From: a bacterium
Lineage (GTDB): Bacteria > Krumholzibacteriota > Krumholzibacteriia > LZORAL124-64-63
Length of the DNA: 64,000 bases
NCBI GenBank assembly: GCA_024231905.1
Contig: JAAEQC010000202.1
Location: 5,422-69,421, forward strand
Direction of reading: 5' to 3'
Shown here: positions 27,409-37,877 of the stretch, piece after piece
How positions within the stretch are numbered: the stretch's first letter is position 1
How the letters are laid out: the number at the start of each line of letters is the position of its first letter
Program-made: the position numbers and the translations under genes
The notes under the pieces: model-generated
Seen by the model: the letters and a program-made list of their open reading frames with translations, nothing else
What the model was told of the DNA's origin: nothing
Databases searched by the model: none

Positions 27409-28956
27409 CTAGTGGAAGAGGATCTGGATCGCTACGAGCGACATGGCGAGCGCCATCCCCACCCGCGCCGTGGTCCTGTCCGCCACCTGCCAAACCTCCC
27501 GCCACACGATCCCCCGCCGCTCCCGCCACCAGGCCTCGCCGGCAACCACCGCGAAGCCGCCCAGGATCGTCAGCGCCGTCACGTTGAAGTAGGCCATGTC
27601 CGGCAGCAGATGTTCGAGCAACAACTTCAGCCCCACCGTCCCGACCATGACCGCCAGCACCAACCCCGCCCGCGCCCGATACAGGAACACCGCCGCGGCC
27701 ACGAGGATCACGAACCCCACCTTGATGTAGTAGCTCATGTCGTTGAACCAGTGGGTCAGGGCGAAGGCCGGGTCGCGGAACTTGATCCAGGCCTGGAGGC
27801 AGCCGAAGAGCAGTCCCGTGACGAGGGTGACCAGGATGGCGCGCCGGCCCATGGCCACCACTTGGCGGTCGTTGGCGTTCGGGCGCATACGCCGCCGGTA
27901 GATGTCCACCGACCACAGCGTCGCCACCGAGTTGAAGATGGAGTCCACCGAACTCATCAGGGACGCGAAGAGCCCGCACAGCACGAGCCCCCGCAGGCCT
28001 GCGGGCAGGAGCAGGTTCACCAGTGTCGGGTAGGCCGTGTCCGGATCCGCCAGCGGCCGGTCGGCCATGATGCCCGCCAGTGCGATGGCCGGCAGGCAGG
28101 TGATGGCGGCGATGACGTACTTGAGGACGCCACCCGCCAGCAGGCCCAACTGGGCGTCCCGCACCGAGCGTGCGGCCAGGGCCCGCTGCAGGATGATCTG
28201 GTTCGAGCCCCAGTAGTTGAGATTCAGCAGGAGCATGGCTCCGATGGCCGTCCAGGGCAGCTTGGGGTGGTCCGCCGGCAAGTGCAGGTGCATGAGCCCC
28301 GTGTCCGCCAGCTCGCGCCAGCCACCCAACTCGCGCACCGCCAGCACGGTCAGGATCACGCCGCCGCCCACCAGCAGGACGAACTGGATGGCGTCGGTGC
28401 GGACCACGGCCGTCAGTCCGCCCAACCAGGTGTAGGTGGCCGAAAAGACGCCCAGCGCGACCATCATGATGATCACGCGCACGAGGGGGTCGGCGTGGAG
28501 GAAGGCGATCTGCTCCGGGAAGAGGGCATTCACCGCATAGGCGCCCCAGAACAGGGCCGTGCCCAGGTAGAGGAAGCCGTACAGCACCATGGTCAGCACC
28601 GAGTAGGCCGTGGCCACCCGCGAGCCGAAACGGTCCTCGAAGAACTGGGTGATGGTCATGACGCGGAGTTTGAGGTAGAGCGGCACGAAGACGAAGGCCG
28701 CCAGCAGCAGTCCGAAGACGGCGTTGATCTCCAGGTTGGCCTGGGCCAGGCCGTAGAGGTAGGCGCTGCCGGCGATGCCCAGGAAGTGTCCCGCGTGGAT
28801 GTTGGTGGCGATGGTGGACAGGGCGATGGACGGCCAGCGCAGCCGGCGCGAGGCCACGAAGTATTCCTCGGCGCTGGTCTCGGCCTTGGCGCGCGAGAGG
28901 ATGCCCACGAGCATGATGCCCGCGAAGTAGGCGGCGATGATGACGAGGTCGAGCAT
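27409..28956 (-). CDS. Sodium:solute symporter family (SSF/SGLT-like) transporter
   Basis: 515 aa, about 13-14 TM; SSF N-terminal pattern (YFVASRRL...). Confidence 0.75.
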   Translation of the reverse strand: MLDLVIIAAYFAGIMLVGILSRAKAETSAEEYFVASRRLRWPSIALSTIATNIHAGHFLGIAGSAYLYGLAQANLEINAVFGLLLAAFVFVPLYLKLRVMTITQFFEDRFGSRVATAYSVLTMVLYGFLYLGTALFWGAYAVNALFPEQIAFLHADPLVRVIIMMVALGVFSATYTWLGGLTAVVRTDAIQFVLLVGGGVILTVLAVRELGGWRELADTGLMHLHLPADHPKLPWTAIGAMLLLNLNYWGSNQIILQRALAARSVRDAQLGLLAGGVLKYVIAAITCLPAIALAGIMADRPLADPDTAYPTLVNLLLPAGLRGLVLCGLFASLMSSVDSIFNSVATLWSVDIYRRRMRPNANDRQVVAMGRRAILVTLVTGLLFGCLQAWIKFRDPAFALTHWFNDMSYYIKVGFVILVAAAVFLYRARAGLVLAVMVGTVGLKLLLEHLLPDMAYFNVTALTILGGFAVVAGEAWWRERRGIVWREVWQVADRTTARVGMALAMSLVAIQILFH

Positions 28957-29000
28957 GGTGCGGGGAGACTACACCACGGACTCGGGCACGGCGATACCGG

Positions 29001-29534
29001 TCAGTCCGTCCTGCGGCCGCAGGCCCGGCACAGGCTTCGGACCCACCCGCAGAAGACGTTCAACAGGTGATCCCGGAGGAGCGACCGGATGACGTTCGGA
29101 TTGCGCGGATCCTGGCGGTCGACCTGGGCGCGGAACTTCGGGTCGCGCCGGGCCAGCTCGCGGGCCTTGGCGAAGTGCTTGAAGGCCACGCCGCGGTTGC
29201 CGTGCAGCAGGTGGACCTGGGCCAGGGCATACCAGCCGCCCGGCTCCTCTGGATGCTCGGTGACGATGCCCCGGACCATGGCCTGGGCGGCCCCGTCGTC
29301 GCGGCCGAGGGCGGCCATGCACACGCCGATGTAGGCGCGGCAGCGCAGGTGGGTCGGGTCCGTTTCGAGACCCTTCTGGAGCAGGATCTCCGCCTCGCGA
29401 AAGTCCCCCACCTCCATCTCCTGGACGGCGAGCCGGGCGAATTCATCGGCTTTGCCACCACGAGCGCCGGGATCGGTGCTCAGAGTGGCGAAATCGTTTC
29501 CGGCCAGCCCTTGAGTGATCTGGAATGTCGACAT
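29001..29534 (-). CDS. Small TPR-like protein, tandem paralog 1 of 3 (unknown function)
   Basis: ATG at 29532-29534. 177 aa: MSTFQITQ...DFREAEILLQKGLETDP...WYALAQVHLLHGNRGVAFKHFAKARELARRDPKFRAQVDRQDPRNPNVIRSLLRDH... Confidence 0.6.
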   Translation of the reverse strand: MSTFQITQGLAGNDFATLSTDPGARGGKADEFARLAVQEMEVGDFREAEILLQKGLETDPTHLRCRAYIGVCMAALGRDDGAAQAMVRGIVTEHPEEPGGWYALAQVHLLHGNRGVAFKHFAKARELARRDPKFRAQVDRQDPRNPNVIRSLLRDHLLNVFCGWVRSLCRACGRRTD

Positions 29535-29568
29535 GGCGATCTCCCCCCGAGATTCCCGCCGCGACGGA

Positions 29569-30096
29569 TCAATTGGTGTCGCGACTCCTGAACAGGGCGC
29601 GCAGGCGCCCGAGTATGACGTTGATGATATGGTCCCGTGGCAACGAACGAACAATATTGGGATTGCGCGGGTCCTGGCGGTCGACCTGGGCGCGGAAGCG
29701 CGGATCGCGCCGGGACAATTCGCGGGCCTTGGCGAAGTGCTGGAAGGCCACGCTGCGGTTGCCGCCCAGGAGATGGACCTGGGCCAGGGCGAACCAGCCG
29801 GCCGGATCCTCGGGATATCGGCTGATGACCGTTCGCGCCATCTGCTCGGCAGTACCGTCGTCACGCCCGAGGGCGGACACGCACACGGCCATGTAGGCTA
29901 GGCAACCGGCGTGAGCCGGGTCCATCTCGAGGCCCTGCTGGAGAATCTTCTCGGCTTCCTGGAAATCCCCGATCTCCAGTTCATGGGCGGCCAGGGAAGC
30001 GCACTCGTCCGCATTGCTGGCTTCGCCGGCCACGTTGAAGGTCCCCGCCACGAACGGGTCCTTGCCGAGGCTCTTCTTCACCATGAACGTGGACAT
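29569..30096 (-). CDS. Small TPR-like protein, tandem paralog 2 of 3
   Basis: ATG at 30094-30096 with RBS GAGGGAGA. About 80% aa identity to paralog 1 over the TPR region, with high nucleotide identity. Confidence 0.6.
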   Translation of the reverse strand: MSTFMVKKSLGKDPFVAGTFNVAGEASNADECASLAAHELEIGDFQEAEKILQQGLEMDPAHAGCLAYMAVCVSALGRDDGTAEQMARTVISRYPEDPAGWFALAQVHLLGGNRSVAFQHFAKARELSRRDPRFRAQVDRQDPRNPNIVRSLPRDHIINVILGRLRALFRSRDTN

Positions 30097-30115
30097 ACGG
30101 TTCTCCCTCGCGGCC

Positions 30116-30646
30116 TCAGGTATCGGACTTCTTGAACACGGCGCGCAGTCGGCCACACAGCATGTTCAAGGGATGGTTGCGCGGCAGGCCTTCGAAGACG
30201 AGTTCACGGCGAGGGTCGAGACCGTCGAGTTGCCACATCATCTCGGGATCGGCGGCGGAGAGCCGGCGGGCCCGTTCCAGGTGGTGGAAAGCGTTGCGTC
30301 GCTTGCCGGCCAACAGGTAGATCTGGCCCAGGGCATAGTGGCCCACCGGATCGGCGACGTGTTCGCGTGCGATCTGCCGGGCCAGGCGCTCGGCCTCCTT
30401 GAGATTGCGACCACGGGCCGCCACGCAGATGGCGAGGTAGGCCCGGCACTGGTGGCAGTCCGGCTCGTGCTCGAGGCCGTTCTGCAGGTGATGCTCCGCC
30501 CGTTCGAAATCACCGGTCTTGATGGCCGATGCGGCCGCCTCGATGACTTCGAGCTTGAAGGCGGTTTCCGGGTCGTCGACCTCGTAGACCAAGGCGACAC
30601 CGGCTTCCCGGTCCTCTTCGTCGGCGATCCAGTCCCGCGTGGCCAT
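30116..30646 (-). CDS. Small TPR-like protein, tandem paralog 3 of 3 (more divergent)
   Basis: ATG at 30644-30646 preceded by the same GAGGGAGA RBS as paralog 2. Same C-terminal block (...DGLDPRRELVFEGLPRNHPLNMLCGRLRAVF). Confidence 0.55.
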   Translation of the reverse strand: MATRDWIADEEDREAGVALVYEVDDPETAFKLEVIEAAASAIKTGDFERAEHHLQNGLEHEPDCHQCRAYLAICVAARGRNLKEAERLARQIAREHVADPVGHYALGQIYLLAGKRRNAFHHLERARRLSAADPEMMWQLDGLDPRRELVFEGLPRNHPLNMLCGRLRAVFKKSDT

Positions 30647-30836
30647 GGTTCTCCCTCGGCACCCATGTGGAATTCCCCTGTCCTGTTTCATCGGCGCTGG
30701 TTGACGGGGCTTGAGGATAGCCGCTGCGTCGCTACCTCGGACTGCGGACAAGTGGTTATCGATTATGCGGGTACTTCGAGACCGAATCGGATATTGTTCG
30801 TCGTACATTGCAGAACCGTATTCTCGAGGTGGCGCC

Positions 30837-33563
30837 ATGACCTGCTCGACGGCGTGTCTAACGCTTGTCCTCGCGACGCTCGTACTCCAGGCCATCGGCG
30901 CCCCGTCGGCGGACGCCGGTTCCATCCGCGAGGAGATGTTCCAACTCGACAACGGCCTCCTGGCCGTGGTCCGCCAGGTGCCGGGTGCGCCGACTTACCG
31001 CGTGAACTCCTATTTCGCGGCCGGCTCCTCCTTCGAGCCCGACTCCCTGGCCGGGTTGGCCCATCTAGCGGAGCATCTGCTGACCGAGAGCACTCGAGAC
31101 CATCCCGAGGGCGGTTACGCGGCGCTCGTCGCCTTGCACACCCTCCACCGCAATGCCTCCACCAACCACCGGCTCATGTGGTTCACCTCCACGTGTCTGC
31201 CGCAGCTGCTGGAGGAGGTGCTGGCCCTCGAGGCCGAGCGCATGTCCGGCTGTGTCGTCGACAGCACCTCCTTCGTCCGTGAACAACAGGTGGTGCTGGA
31301 AGAGTTGGCACTCAGGACACGCCTCTCCCCCCATGCGGCCCTGGCCGAGACCGCCGTCCAGTTGGCCTATGAGGGGCATCCCTTCGCCCGAGACGTGGCC
31401 GGTACGCGTGAGACCGTGTCCCGAATCGCCGCTGACCATGTGGAAGCGTATCTGGACGAACGCATCGCCGTGAACAATGCGGTGCTCGTGGTGTCCGGGC
31501 CGGGCGACCCGGATTCGGTGACGATCAGGGTGCGGGCGGTTTTTGGGGACGTTCCGGCCCCCACGCCGGCCGCCGTCGCGGTTCCGGACTATCCGGAGCT
31601 CGCAGCGCGCCAGACGATCCTCGACGCCTCCGATCACGACGGCGTGCGTGTGGCCTTCGCCTGCCGCCTGCCCATCACGTCGCGGGAGGACGGGGTCATT
31701 GCCACGCTGCTGGCCGCCTGGCTGGACCATGTCGGGGCGGCCGTGCGCCTCTACCCGCAACCCCGTGAATGGGTCCTGACGATGACCGGCTACCGCTCCT
31801 ACTATCGCCCGCCGACCCGGGCGCAGGAGCACTGGGAAACCCTGCACGGGAATTTCGATCCCGAGCGGGATGCCCAGAACCTATTGAGTGGCATGTGGCG
31901 CCACGTGGGAGCCGCCGCGGACAGCCTCCTGCGCGGCCGGGGCTATGTATCCTCAAAACGGAAGCTGAACGATATCCTGGAGCGCGAGAGCCGGTCCCGG
32001 TACCACCTCGACCTGATCGGTTCATCCTTGTCCGGCGGTGGCGCCCCACCCACTCCTTCGGAGATCATGGCCGGACTCGACACGCTCTCCGCGTCGGATC
32101 TCCACGCCTTCATGCGGGCCCACGTCAACCCGGGACGCACCTGCGTGGCAGTCAGCCACGGTCGCGATTCCCAACGCCAGGCGACCCACCGTCTCGCGGG
32201 CGCCGCGAATGTGCGCGCCATGGGCAGGATCCACGACCCCATGGCCCTGCTGGACCTGGCCGCGGTGGCGCCCGTACTCGAGGCCTACCGGACCGGTGTG
32301 CCGGTGCAACTGGCGCTGACCCACATCGGCGATACCCCCATGGTCGTTCACGCCGTTCCCGACGCACCCACCTTCCACCTCGAAGGCCTTCGTGTCTTCC
32401 CGCCGCCCAAGGAGTGCCGGCCCGATAAGCTCCCCGGCCAGTGCGAACTCTACAATCGGGTCGTGGACTGGGATCCGGCGAGCAAGGAGCGGGCAGGCAC
32501 TCTGCTCCCTCACGATTGCCAGTTCACGCTGCTGCCGTGGGAGCTGCGGTTCCGGGCCCGATCGGACGCCGCCAGCGCCCGCGCGGCCTGTACCACTGTG
32601 GCCGGACGCCTGTCCGACGACCGTTTCAAGACCTACCGGTGGTCGCGAGCGTTGGAATTCGGGGCGCCGATCCTTGCGGAACGAGGCAGCCGTGCGGAGA
32701 ACCAGGCCATGGCCTGGCACCTGCAGCACTGGCTGGGCAAGAAGACCGCCGCGGCGGGCCACTATGCGCCGTCTGCCGACACCCCCAGGAAGATCAAGTA
32801 CAAGGATCTGCAGAAGCTCCACCGCAAGGCCGCGCGCGACCGGCATCCGACCGTATTGTGGATGTCCGGCGGCCTGACCGTGGCCACGGCCTCGAACCTG
32901 GGCCGCGGCTGCTTCCCTATGCTCGGGTCCGCCCGGCTGGAGGTGATCGAGCTGGACGACTCGCGGCCCCCAGGCGTCGTCGGCCGGGTATTCACTTCGG
33001 CCCAGAAGGCCGACGCCAGACTCACGCTCACCTTTGGCCCCGCCCTGGCCAGACAGACCGACTCCAGCCAACGTGGTGTGACCAGTCTCGTCGTCGACGC
33101 CGTGCTGACCCGGATCATGATGAGCCGGCTGCGGAAGCAGGAAGGGCTCACGTACTCGGCGGGCATGAGTCATTTCACCATGGGCGGCGTGATCATTCCG
33201 CGCCTCGGCCTGTCGTGTCAGCCGCGGCTCGTGGGACGCGCGCTCGCGGCCGTGTCCGACGAGTTGGGCCGGCTCGCCGCCTCGGGGCCCACCGCGGATG
33301 AGATCGCCCGCGGCCGTCTCGCTCTGGTCAAGGAGATCGTCGTCTCCCTGGACGAGCCCGGCCCCATGCCGTCCTGGCTGCGGGATCTTGTCCGTTGCGG
33401 CGCGGCGCCCCCCGCGGATCCGGTAGCCGCCGTCCTCGATCTGGAGGAGGAGGCCATCCGCGCGGCCACTGCCGACTACGTCTCCGCCGCGGACTTCGCG
33501 TTCAGCGTCGTCGGTCCCGTGCTCGAGGATGACCTGGAGCTCTACCTGGAGGCTCTCGATTGA
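30837..33563 (+). CDS. Secreted M16-family (pitrilysin/insulinase-like) zinc peptidase with tandem M16 halves
   Basis: Inverted zinc motif HxxEH (HLAEHLL), signal peptide MTCSTACLTLVLATLVLQA, about 908 aa with duplicated M16 core. The track extension to 30711 is rejected. Confidence 0.75.
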   Translation: MTCSTACLTLVLATLVLQAIGAPSADAGSIREEMFQLDNGLLAVVRQVPGAPTYRVNSYFAAGSSFEPDSLAGLAHLAEHLLTESTRDHPEGGYAALVALHTLHRNASTNHRLMWFTSTCLPQLLEEVLALEAERMSGCVVDSTSFVREQQVVLEELALRTRLSPHAALAETAVQLAYEGHPFARDVAGTRETVSRIAADHVEAYLDERIAVNNAVLVVSGPGDPDSVTIRVRAVFGDVPAPTPAAVAVPDYPELAARQTILDASDHDGVRVAFACRLPITSREDGVIATLLAAWLDHVGAAVRLYPQPREWVLTMTGYRSYYRPPTRAQEHWETLHGNFDPERDAQNLLSGMWRHVGAAADSLLRGRGYVSSKRKLNDILERESRSRYHLDLIGSSLSGGGAPPTPSEIMAGLDTLSASDLHAFMRAHVNPGRTCVAVSHGRDSQRQATHRLAGAANVRAMGRIHDPMALLDLAAVAPVLEAYRTGVPVQLALTHIGDTPMVVHAVPDAPTFHLEGLRVFPPPKECRPDKLPGQCELYNRVVDWDPASKERAGTLLPHDCQFTLLPWELRFRARSDAASARAACTTVAGRLSDDRFKTYRWSRALEFGAPILAERGSRAENQAMAWHLQHWLGKKTAAAGHYAPSADTPRKIKYKDLQKLHRKAARDRHPTVLWMSGGLTVATASNLGRGCFPMLGSARLEVIELDDSRPPGVVGRVFTSAQKADARLTLTFGPALARQTDSSQRGVTSLVVDAVLTRIMMSRLRKQEGLTYSAGMSHFTMGGVIIPRLGLSCQPRLVGRALAAVSDELGRLAASGPTADEIARGRLALVKEIVVSLDEPGPMPSWLRDLVRCGAAPPADPVAAVLDLEEEAIRAATADYVSAADFAFSVVGPVLEDDLELYLEALD

Positions 33564-33584
33564 GGCCGGCCCGCCGCCGTAACG

Positions 33585-34925
33585 TCAGTACCCCAATGCC
33601 CGCAGTTGCTGGACCTCCTCGGGCGTCAGACCCGAGTCGCTGGTACCGCCGCGTACAGCACCCCGGATGATGACGCAGGACTCACCGCCGGCGAGTTCGG
33701 CCATCAGCGCCGCGAGGCGGGTCTTGTCCCGGGGACGGGTGCGTGCGAGATCGCGCAACTCGCCCGGATCGGCGACCAGGTCGAAGAGGACGGGGAGCGC
33801 CCGCCTGCCGCGGCAGGCCTGGATCAGCTTGAGGTCCCCGTGTCGGACGCCCATGGAGAACCAGGCGCGGTTGGTCATGGCCGTGGAAACCACCGGGCGC
33901 CCACGGTCGTGCTCACCGCGCACGTCGACCCCGTCCAGGCCCGGAGGCGTCTCCAGACCGAGGAGGCCGGCGAAGGTGGGCAGGAAGTCGAGGTTCACGA
34001 TGATCTCTGATGTGCGCCGTTGCCGGTTCACGCCGGGATGGTGGATGAACAGGGGGATGCGCACGACTTCGTCGTAGACCTGGCGGTGACCGAATGCGCC
34101 GTGGTCCATGTGCTCGTCGCCATGGTCGGCCGTGAGTACGACGACCGAGTTCTTCATCAGACTCTGTTCTTCGATGGTCGCCAAGAGGCGCCCGAAGAGC
34201 ATGTCTGCATAGAAGACCTCGCCCGTATAGAGTTCCTTCACGCGCTCCAGTTCGTCCGGGTCGTCCACCGTGCCGCCGCGGCCCAAGCCACCGGTCCCGC
34301 GCTTGAACTGCCCCTCGTAGCCGGGTGTGTAGAAGCGCTCGGCCATGTCCCGCCGGTCGTAGGGCGCGTGGGGCGAGATGAAGTGGATCCAGACGAAGAA
34401 CGGTTCGGCGGTGTTCTCGCGCAGCCAGGCCTCCGGCTTATCGAGGAAGGTCTCCTCGTTGGGCATGTACACGACCTCGTAATCGTCGAATCCGCGGGCG
34501 AAACCGCGCGATTCGTCCAGTTGGCGATTGTTCAGGAAGGCCGCCGTGCGGTAGCCCGCCTTCTGCAGGACGCCCGCCAGTGTCGGGGCCGGCTGGAGTT
34601 GCCAGGCGCGGAAAACGTCGAAGGGCTGGCGGCCGGTCCAGGCCGCGGAGAATGACGTGGGTGTGGCCTGACCCGACGTGTAGGCCCGGTCGCAGACCAG
34701 GGATCTTGTCGCGAAGGCGTCGAGGTTCGGAGAAGCGCCGAGAGTGTCGCCGTAGGCGCCGAGGGCGTCGGCGCGCAGGGCGTCGAAGCTGATAACGATG
34801 AGATTCTTGCCGCGGGCCTGGGGCAGGAGGCCGGCGAAGGTCTCCGGATCCGGAGCCTCGCCGCCGGAGCAGCCGGCCAGGGTGAGCAGGATGATGAGCG
34901 GAGCTGCGGCGAATCTCGACGTCAT
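33585..34925 (-). CDS. Sulfatase lipoprotein (alkaline-phosphatase superfamily)
   Basis: Lipobox LTLAGCSGG. Motifs SFDALRAD, LTADHGDEH. C-terminus ...QLRALGY. Confidence 0.8.
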   Translation of the reverse strand: MTSRFAAAPLIILLTLAGCSGGEAPDPETFAGLLPQARGKNLIVISFDALRADALGAYGDTLGASPNLDAFATRSLVCDRAYTSGQATPTSFSAAWTGRQPFDVFRAWQLQPAPTLAGVLQKAGYRTAAFLNNRQLDESRGFARGFDDYEVVYMPNEETFLDKPEAWLRENTAEPFFVWIHFISPHAPYDRRDMAERFYTPGYEGQFKRGTGGLGRGGTVDDPDELERVKELYTGEVFYADMLFGRLLATIEEQSLMKNSVVVLTADHGDEHMDHGAFGHRQVYDEVVRIPLFIHHPGVNRQRRTSEIIVNLDFLPTFAGLLGLETPPGLDGVDVRGEHDRGRPVVSTAMTNRAWFSMGVRHGDLKLIQACRGRRALPVLFDLVADPGELRDLARTRPRDKTRLAALMAELAGGESCVIIRGAVRGGTSDSGLTPEEVQQLRALGY

Positions 34926-34988
34926 GATGAACCTCCCGGCGGCCGATGGTGCCACCGCCGGCCACCGGGAGTCAACTCGTCGCTCGTG

Positions 34989-37589
34989 TCAGGCGGCTTC
35001 CTCCTTCGCCGTGCGGGCGTGCGCCGCCAAGGTGAACACAGCTTCGTCCGAGTCGAGTTCGACGGTCTGCTCCGCGTGCACCTCCCCCGCCAGGATCAGA
35101 TCCGCCAGCCGGTCCTGCACTTCCCGCTGGATCACCCGCTTGACCGGCCGCGCGCCGAAGGTGGGGTCGTAGCCCAGGGCCGCGAGCCTGGCCACCGCAG
35201 CGTCGGTCGCCGCGAACCCGATCTCCTGCTCGGCCAGGTCGCGGGCCACCTTGGCCAGCTCCAGGCGCACGATCTCGGCGATGAATGTGTCGCCCAGACT
35301 GTTGAATCGGACGATGCCGTCGAGCCGATTGAGGAACTCGGGACGGAAATGGCCGTGCAGTCCCTCCAGCAGTCGCCGCTCGTGCTCGGCCGGGTCCTCG
35401 TCCCCGCGGGTTTCGTAGACAACCTCCTGGCAGAGGTTGCTGGTCATGATCACCAGGGTGTTGCGGAAGTCCACCGCCCGGCCCTTGCCGTCGGTGAGGC
35501 GTCCGTCGTCGAGCAACTGCAGCAGCACGTTCATGACCTCGGGATGGGCCTTCTCCACCTCGTCCAGCAGGATGACGCTGTAGGGGTGGCGGCGCACAGC
35601 CTCGGTGAGCTGGCCGCCGGCCTCGTGGCCCACGTAGCCGGGGGGCGAACCGATCATGCGACTCACTGCGTGGCGCTCCATGTACTCGCTCATGTCCAGT
35701 CGCACCAGGGCGGTCTCGTCCCCGAAGAGCTGTTCGGTGAGGGCCTTGGCCAGCTCGGTCTTGCCCACGCCCGTGGGACCCAGGAAGAGGAACGAACCCA
35801 AGGGCCGGCTGCGGTCCGTGAGCCCCGCGCGAGAGCGGCGGATGGTGCGGGCCACCTGGCCGACGGCCGCGTCCTGGCCCACGACGCGGGCGGTGATGCG
35901 GGTTTCGAGCTCGCGGAGTTTGGCCAGTTCGTCCTCCACCAGGCGCTGGGCCGGGATACCGGTCCACTTGGCCACCAGGAGGGCCACGTCGTCCTCCTCC
36001 ACTTCCTCCTTGAGGAGCGGGCTGTCGCCCTGGATGCGGCGCAGCTCCAGTCGGGCCTGGGACAGCTCGGCCTCCAGGAGGGCTTGGCCCCCGTACTTCA
36101 GTTCGCTGGCCCGGGCCAGGTCGCCGCTGCGTTCGGCCGCTTCCATCTCGAGCTGGAGATTCTCCTGGCGCTTCTGCAGGGTGCGGATGGCGTCGATAGC
36201 GGCCTTCTCCTCCTCCCAGCGGGCCTGGACGGCATCCAGGGCGTCGCGCAGTTCGGTGAGCTGACGATCGATGGACTCACGCCGGACCACGGCCGACTTC
36301 TCGGTCTCCTTCTCCAAAGCCAGGCGCTCCATCTCCAACTGGTTCAGTTGCCGCTGCAGGTCATCCACCTCGGCGGGCACGCTGTCGATCTCCATGCGCA
36401 GGCGACTGGCGGCCTCGTCCATGAGGTCGATGGCCTTGTCCGGGAGCATGCGGTCGGCGATGTAGCGCTGGGAGAGCTTCACCGCCGCCACGATGGCCCC
36501 ATCGGTAATGCGGATGCCGTGGTGCACCTCGTAGCGTTCTTTCAATCCGCGCAGGATGGCCACGGCCTGCTCCCAAGTGGGCTCCGCCACGAGCACCGGC
36601 TGGAAACGGCGTTCCAGAGCCGGGTCCTTCTCGATGTGCTGGCGGTACTCGTCGATGGTGGTGGCGCCGATGCAGTGCAACTCGCCGCGGGCCAGGGCGG
36701 GTTTGAGGATGTTGCTGGCGTCCATGGCTCCGCCAGTGGCGCCGGCCCCCACGAGGGTGTGCATCTCGTCGATGAACAGGAGGACCTCGCCCTCCGACTC
36801 GGTCACCTCCTTGATGACCTTCTTGAGCCGGTCCTCGAACTCGCCCCGGTACTTGGTGCCGGCGATGAGCGCTCCCATGTCCAGGGCGACCACGCGCTTG
36901 CCCTTGAGCCCCTCGGGCACATCGCCTTCCACCAGGCGCCGCGCAAGACCCTCGGCCACTGCGGTCTTGCCCACGCCGGGGGATCCCATGAGCACGGGGT
37001 TGTTCTTGGTGCGCCGGCTGAGGATCTGGATGGTGCGCCGGATCTCCTCGTCCCGGCCGATGATGGGATCGATCTTACCCGCCCGGGCCGCGGCGCAGAG
37101 ATCGGTGGCGTATTCGTCGAGAGCCGAGTCCTCGCCCACGCCGGACTCGTCGTCACCGTCGTAGCCCGCGTTGGCGCCGGTCTGCGTGAAGGCCTGGGCC
37201 AGTTTCGATTCGTCCACGTCGAAGGTGCGCAGGACCGAGCCCGCGCGGCCCTGGTCCGCGGCCAGGGCAAGCAACAACTCGCGCGTGCCCACCATGCCGG
37301 CCGTTCCGGCCCGATTCTGGGCTTCGAGCAGCAGCTTCTGGAACTCGCGGCCGGGATCAGGCACGTCCGCCCGGGCCGCTTGGGGCAAACTCGCCAGCTC
37401 CTGTTCGGCGGTCCGGGCCATGAGACCCGGATCCAACTCGAGGCAACGCAAGGTATTGGTCACGAGGCCGGTTTCGGCCAGGAGCGCCCAGAGCAGATGC
37501 AGGGGCTCCAGCGCGGCGTGCTTCATCTCATATGCCTTGGACTGGGCCTTTTGGAGGGCGTCCATGGCGTTGACGGTCAGATTCTTCAT
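34989..37589 (-). CDS. clpB: ATP-dependent chaperone ClpB
   Basis: 866 aa; Clp N domain; two AAA+ modules ([18 protein letters not shown]); long coiled-coil middle domain. Confidence 0.95.
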   Translation of the reverse strand: MKNLTVNAMDALQKAQSKAYEMKHAALEPLHLLWALLAETGLVTNTLRCLELDPGLMARTAEQELASLPQAARADVPDPGREFQKLLLEAQNRAGTAGMVGTRELLLALAADQGRAGSVLRTFDVDESKLAQAFTQTGANAGYDGDDESGVGEDSALDEYATDLCAAARAGKIDPIIGRDEEIRRTIQILSRRTKNNPVLMGSPGVGKTAVAEGLARRLVEGDVPEGLKGKRVVALDMGALIAGTKYRGEFEDRLKKVIKEVTESEGEVLLFIDEMHTLVGAGATGGAMDASNILKPALARGELHCIGATTIDEYRQHIEKDPALERRFQPVLVAEPTWEQAVAILRGLKERYEVHHGIRITDGAIVAAVKLSQRYIADRMLPDKAIDLMDEAASRLRMEIDSVPAEVDDLQRQLNQLEMERLALEKETEKSAVVRRESIDRQLTELRDALDAVQARWEEEKAAIDAIRTLQKRQENLQLEMEAAERSGDLARASELKYGGQALLEAELSQARLELRRIQGDSPLLKEEVEEDDVALLVAKWTGIPAQRLVEDELAKLRELETRITARVVGQDAAVGQVARTIRRSRAGLTDRSRPLGSFLFLGPTGVGKTELAKALTEQLFGDETALVRLDMSEYMERHAVSRMIGSPPGYVGHEAGGQLTEAVRRHPYSVILLDEVEKAHPEVMNVLLQLLDDGRLTDGKGRAVDFRNTLVIMTSNLCQEVVYETRGDEDPAEHERRLLEGLHGHFRPEFLNRLDGIVRFNSLGDTFIAEIVRLELAKVARDLAEQEIGFAATDAAVARLAALGYDPTFGARPVKRVIQREVQDRLADLILAGEVHAEQTVELDSDEAVFTLAAHARTAKEEAA

Positions 37590-37636
37590 GGGGTTCTCCT
37601 CGTTCGGCCAACTTCGGGCCTATCCGCGGGAAGAAC

Positions 37637-37652
37637 TGCACGGAGCGTGCCA
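37637..37652 (-). promoter_or_regulatory. Candidate sigma-54 (-24/-12) promoter element TGGCACGctccgTGCA, about 50 nt upstream of clpB
   Basis: Reverse complement of 37637-37652 reads TGGCACGCTCCGTGCA; GG and GC have canonical spacing, versus consensus TGGCACG-N4-TTGCA. One sequence match only. Confidence 0.25.
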
Positions 37653-37877
37653 GGCAACCGAATCACTGTTAACTGACTACATAACAAGGTTTAAAAGTTT
37701 TTATATACGGTACTCAACGCGACCCAGCCATCCTCCCACAAAGAAATGTCATGTCATTATGGCACATTCGCCTCCATTGTCAGGCGGTTTTCCAGGTTCG
37801 AAACACCGATCACTGGGCCAGCCAGGCACCCGGCTTGCATTCCTAGATCCATATAGCATTCGTCGCCACGTTCTCAT

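Larger units (their letters stand above)
29001..30646 (-). repeat. Tandem gene triplication: three head-to-tail copies of a ~530-bp unit
   Basis: Copies 1 and 2 share long near-identical nucleotide stretches (e.g. ctggcggtcgacctgggcgcggaa...gggccttggcgaagtgct...). Copy 3 is conserved at the protein and RBS level. Confidence 0.7.

Noticed and set aside
34986-37676. 896-aa plus-strand ORF
   Set aside because: Exact antisense of clpB; Gly/Arg/Leu-rich nonsense. clpB has unmistakable AAA+ motifs.
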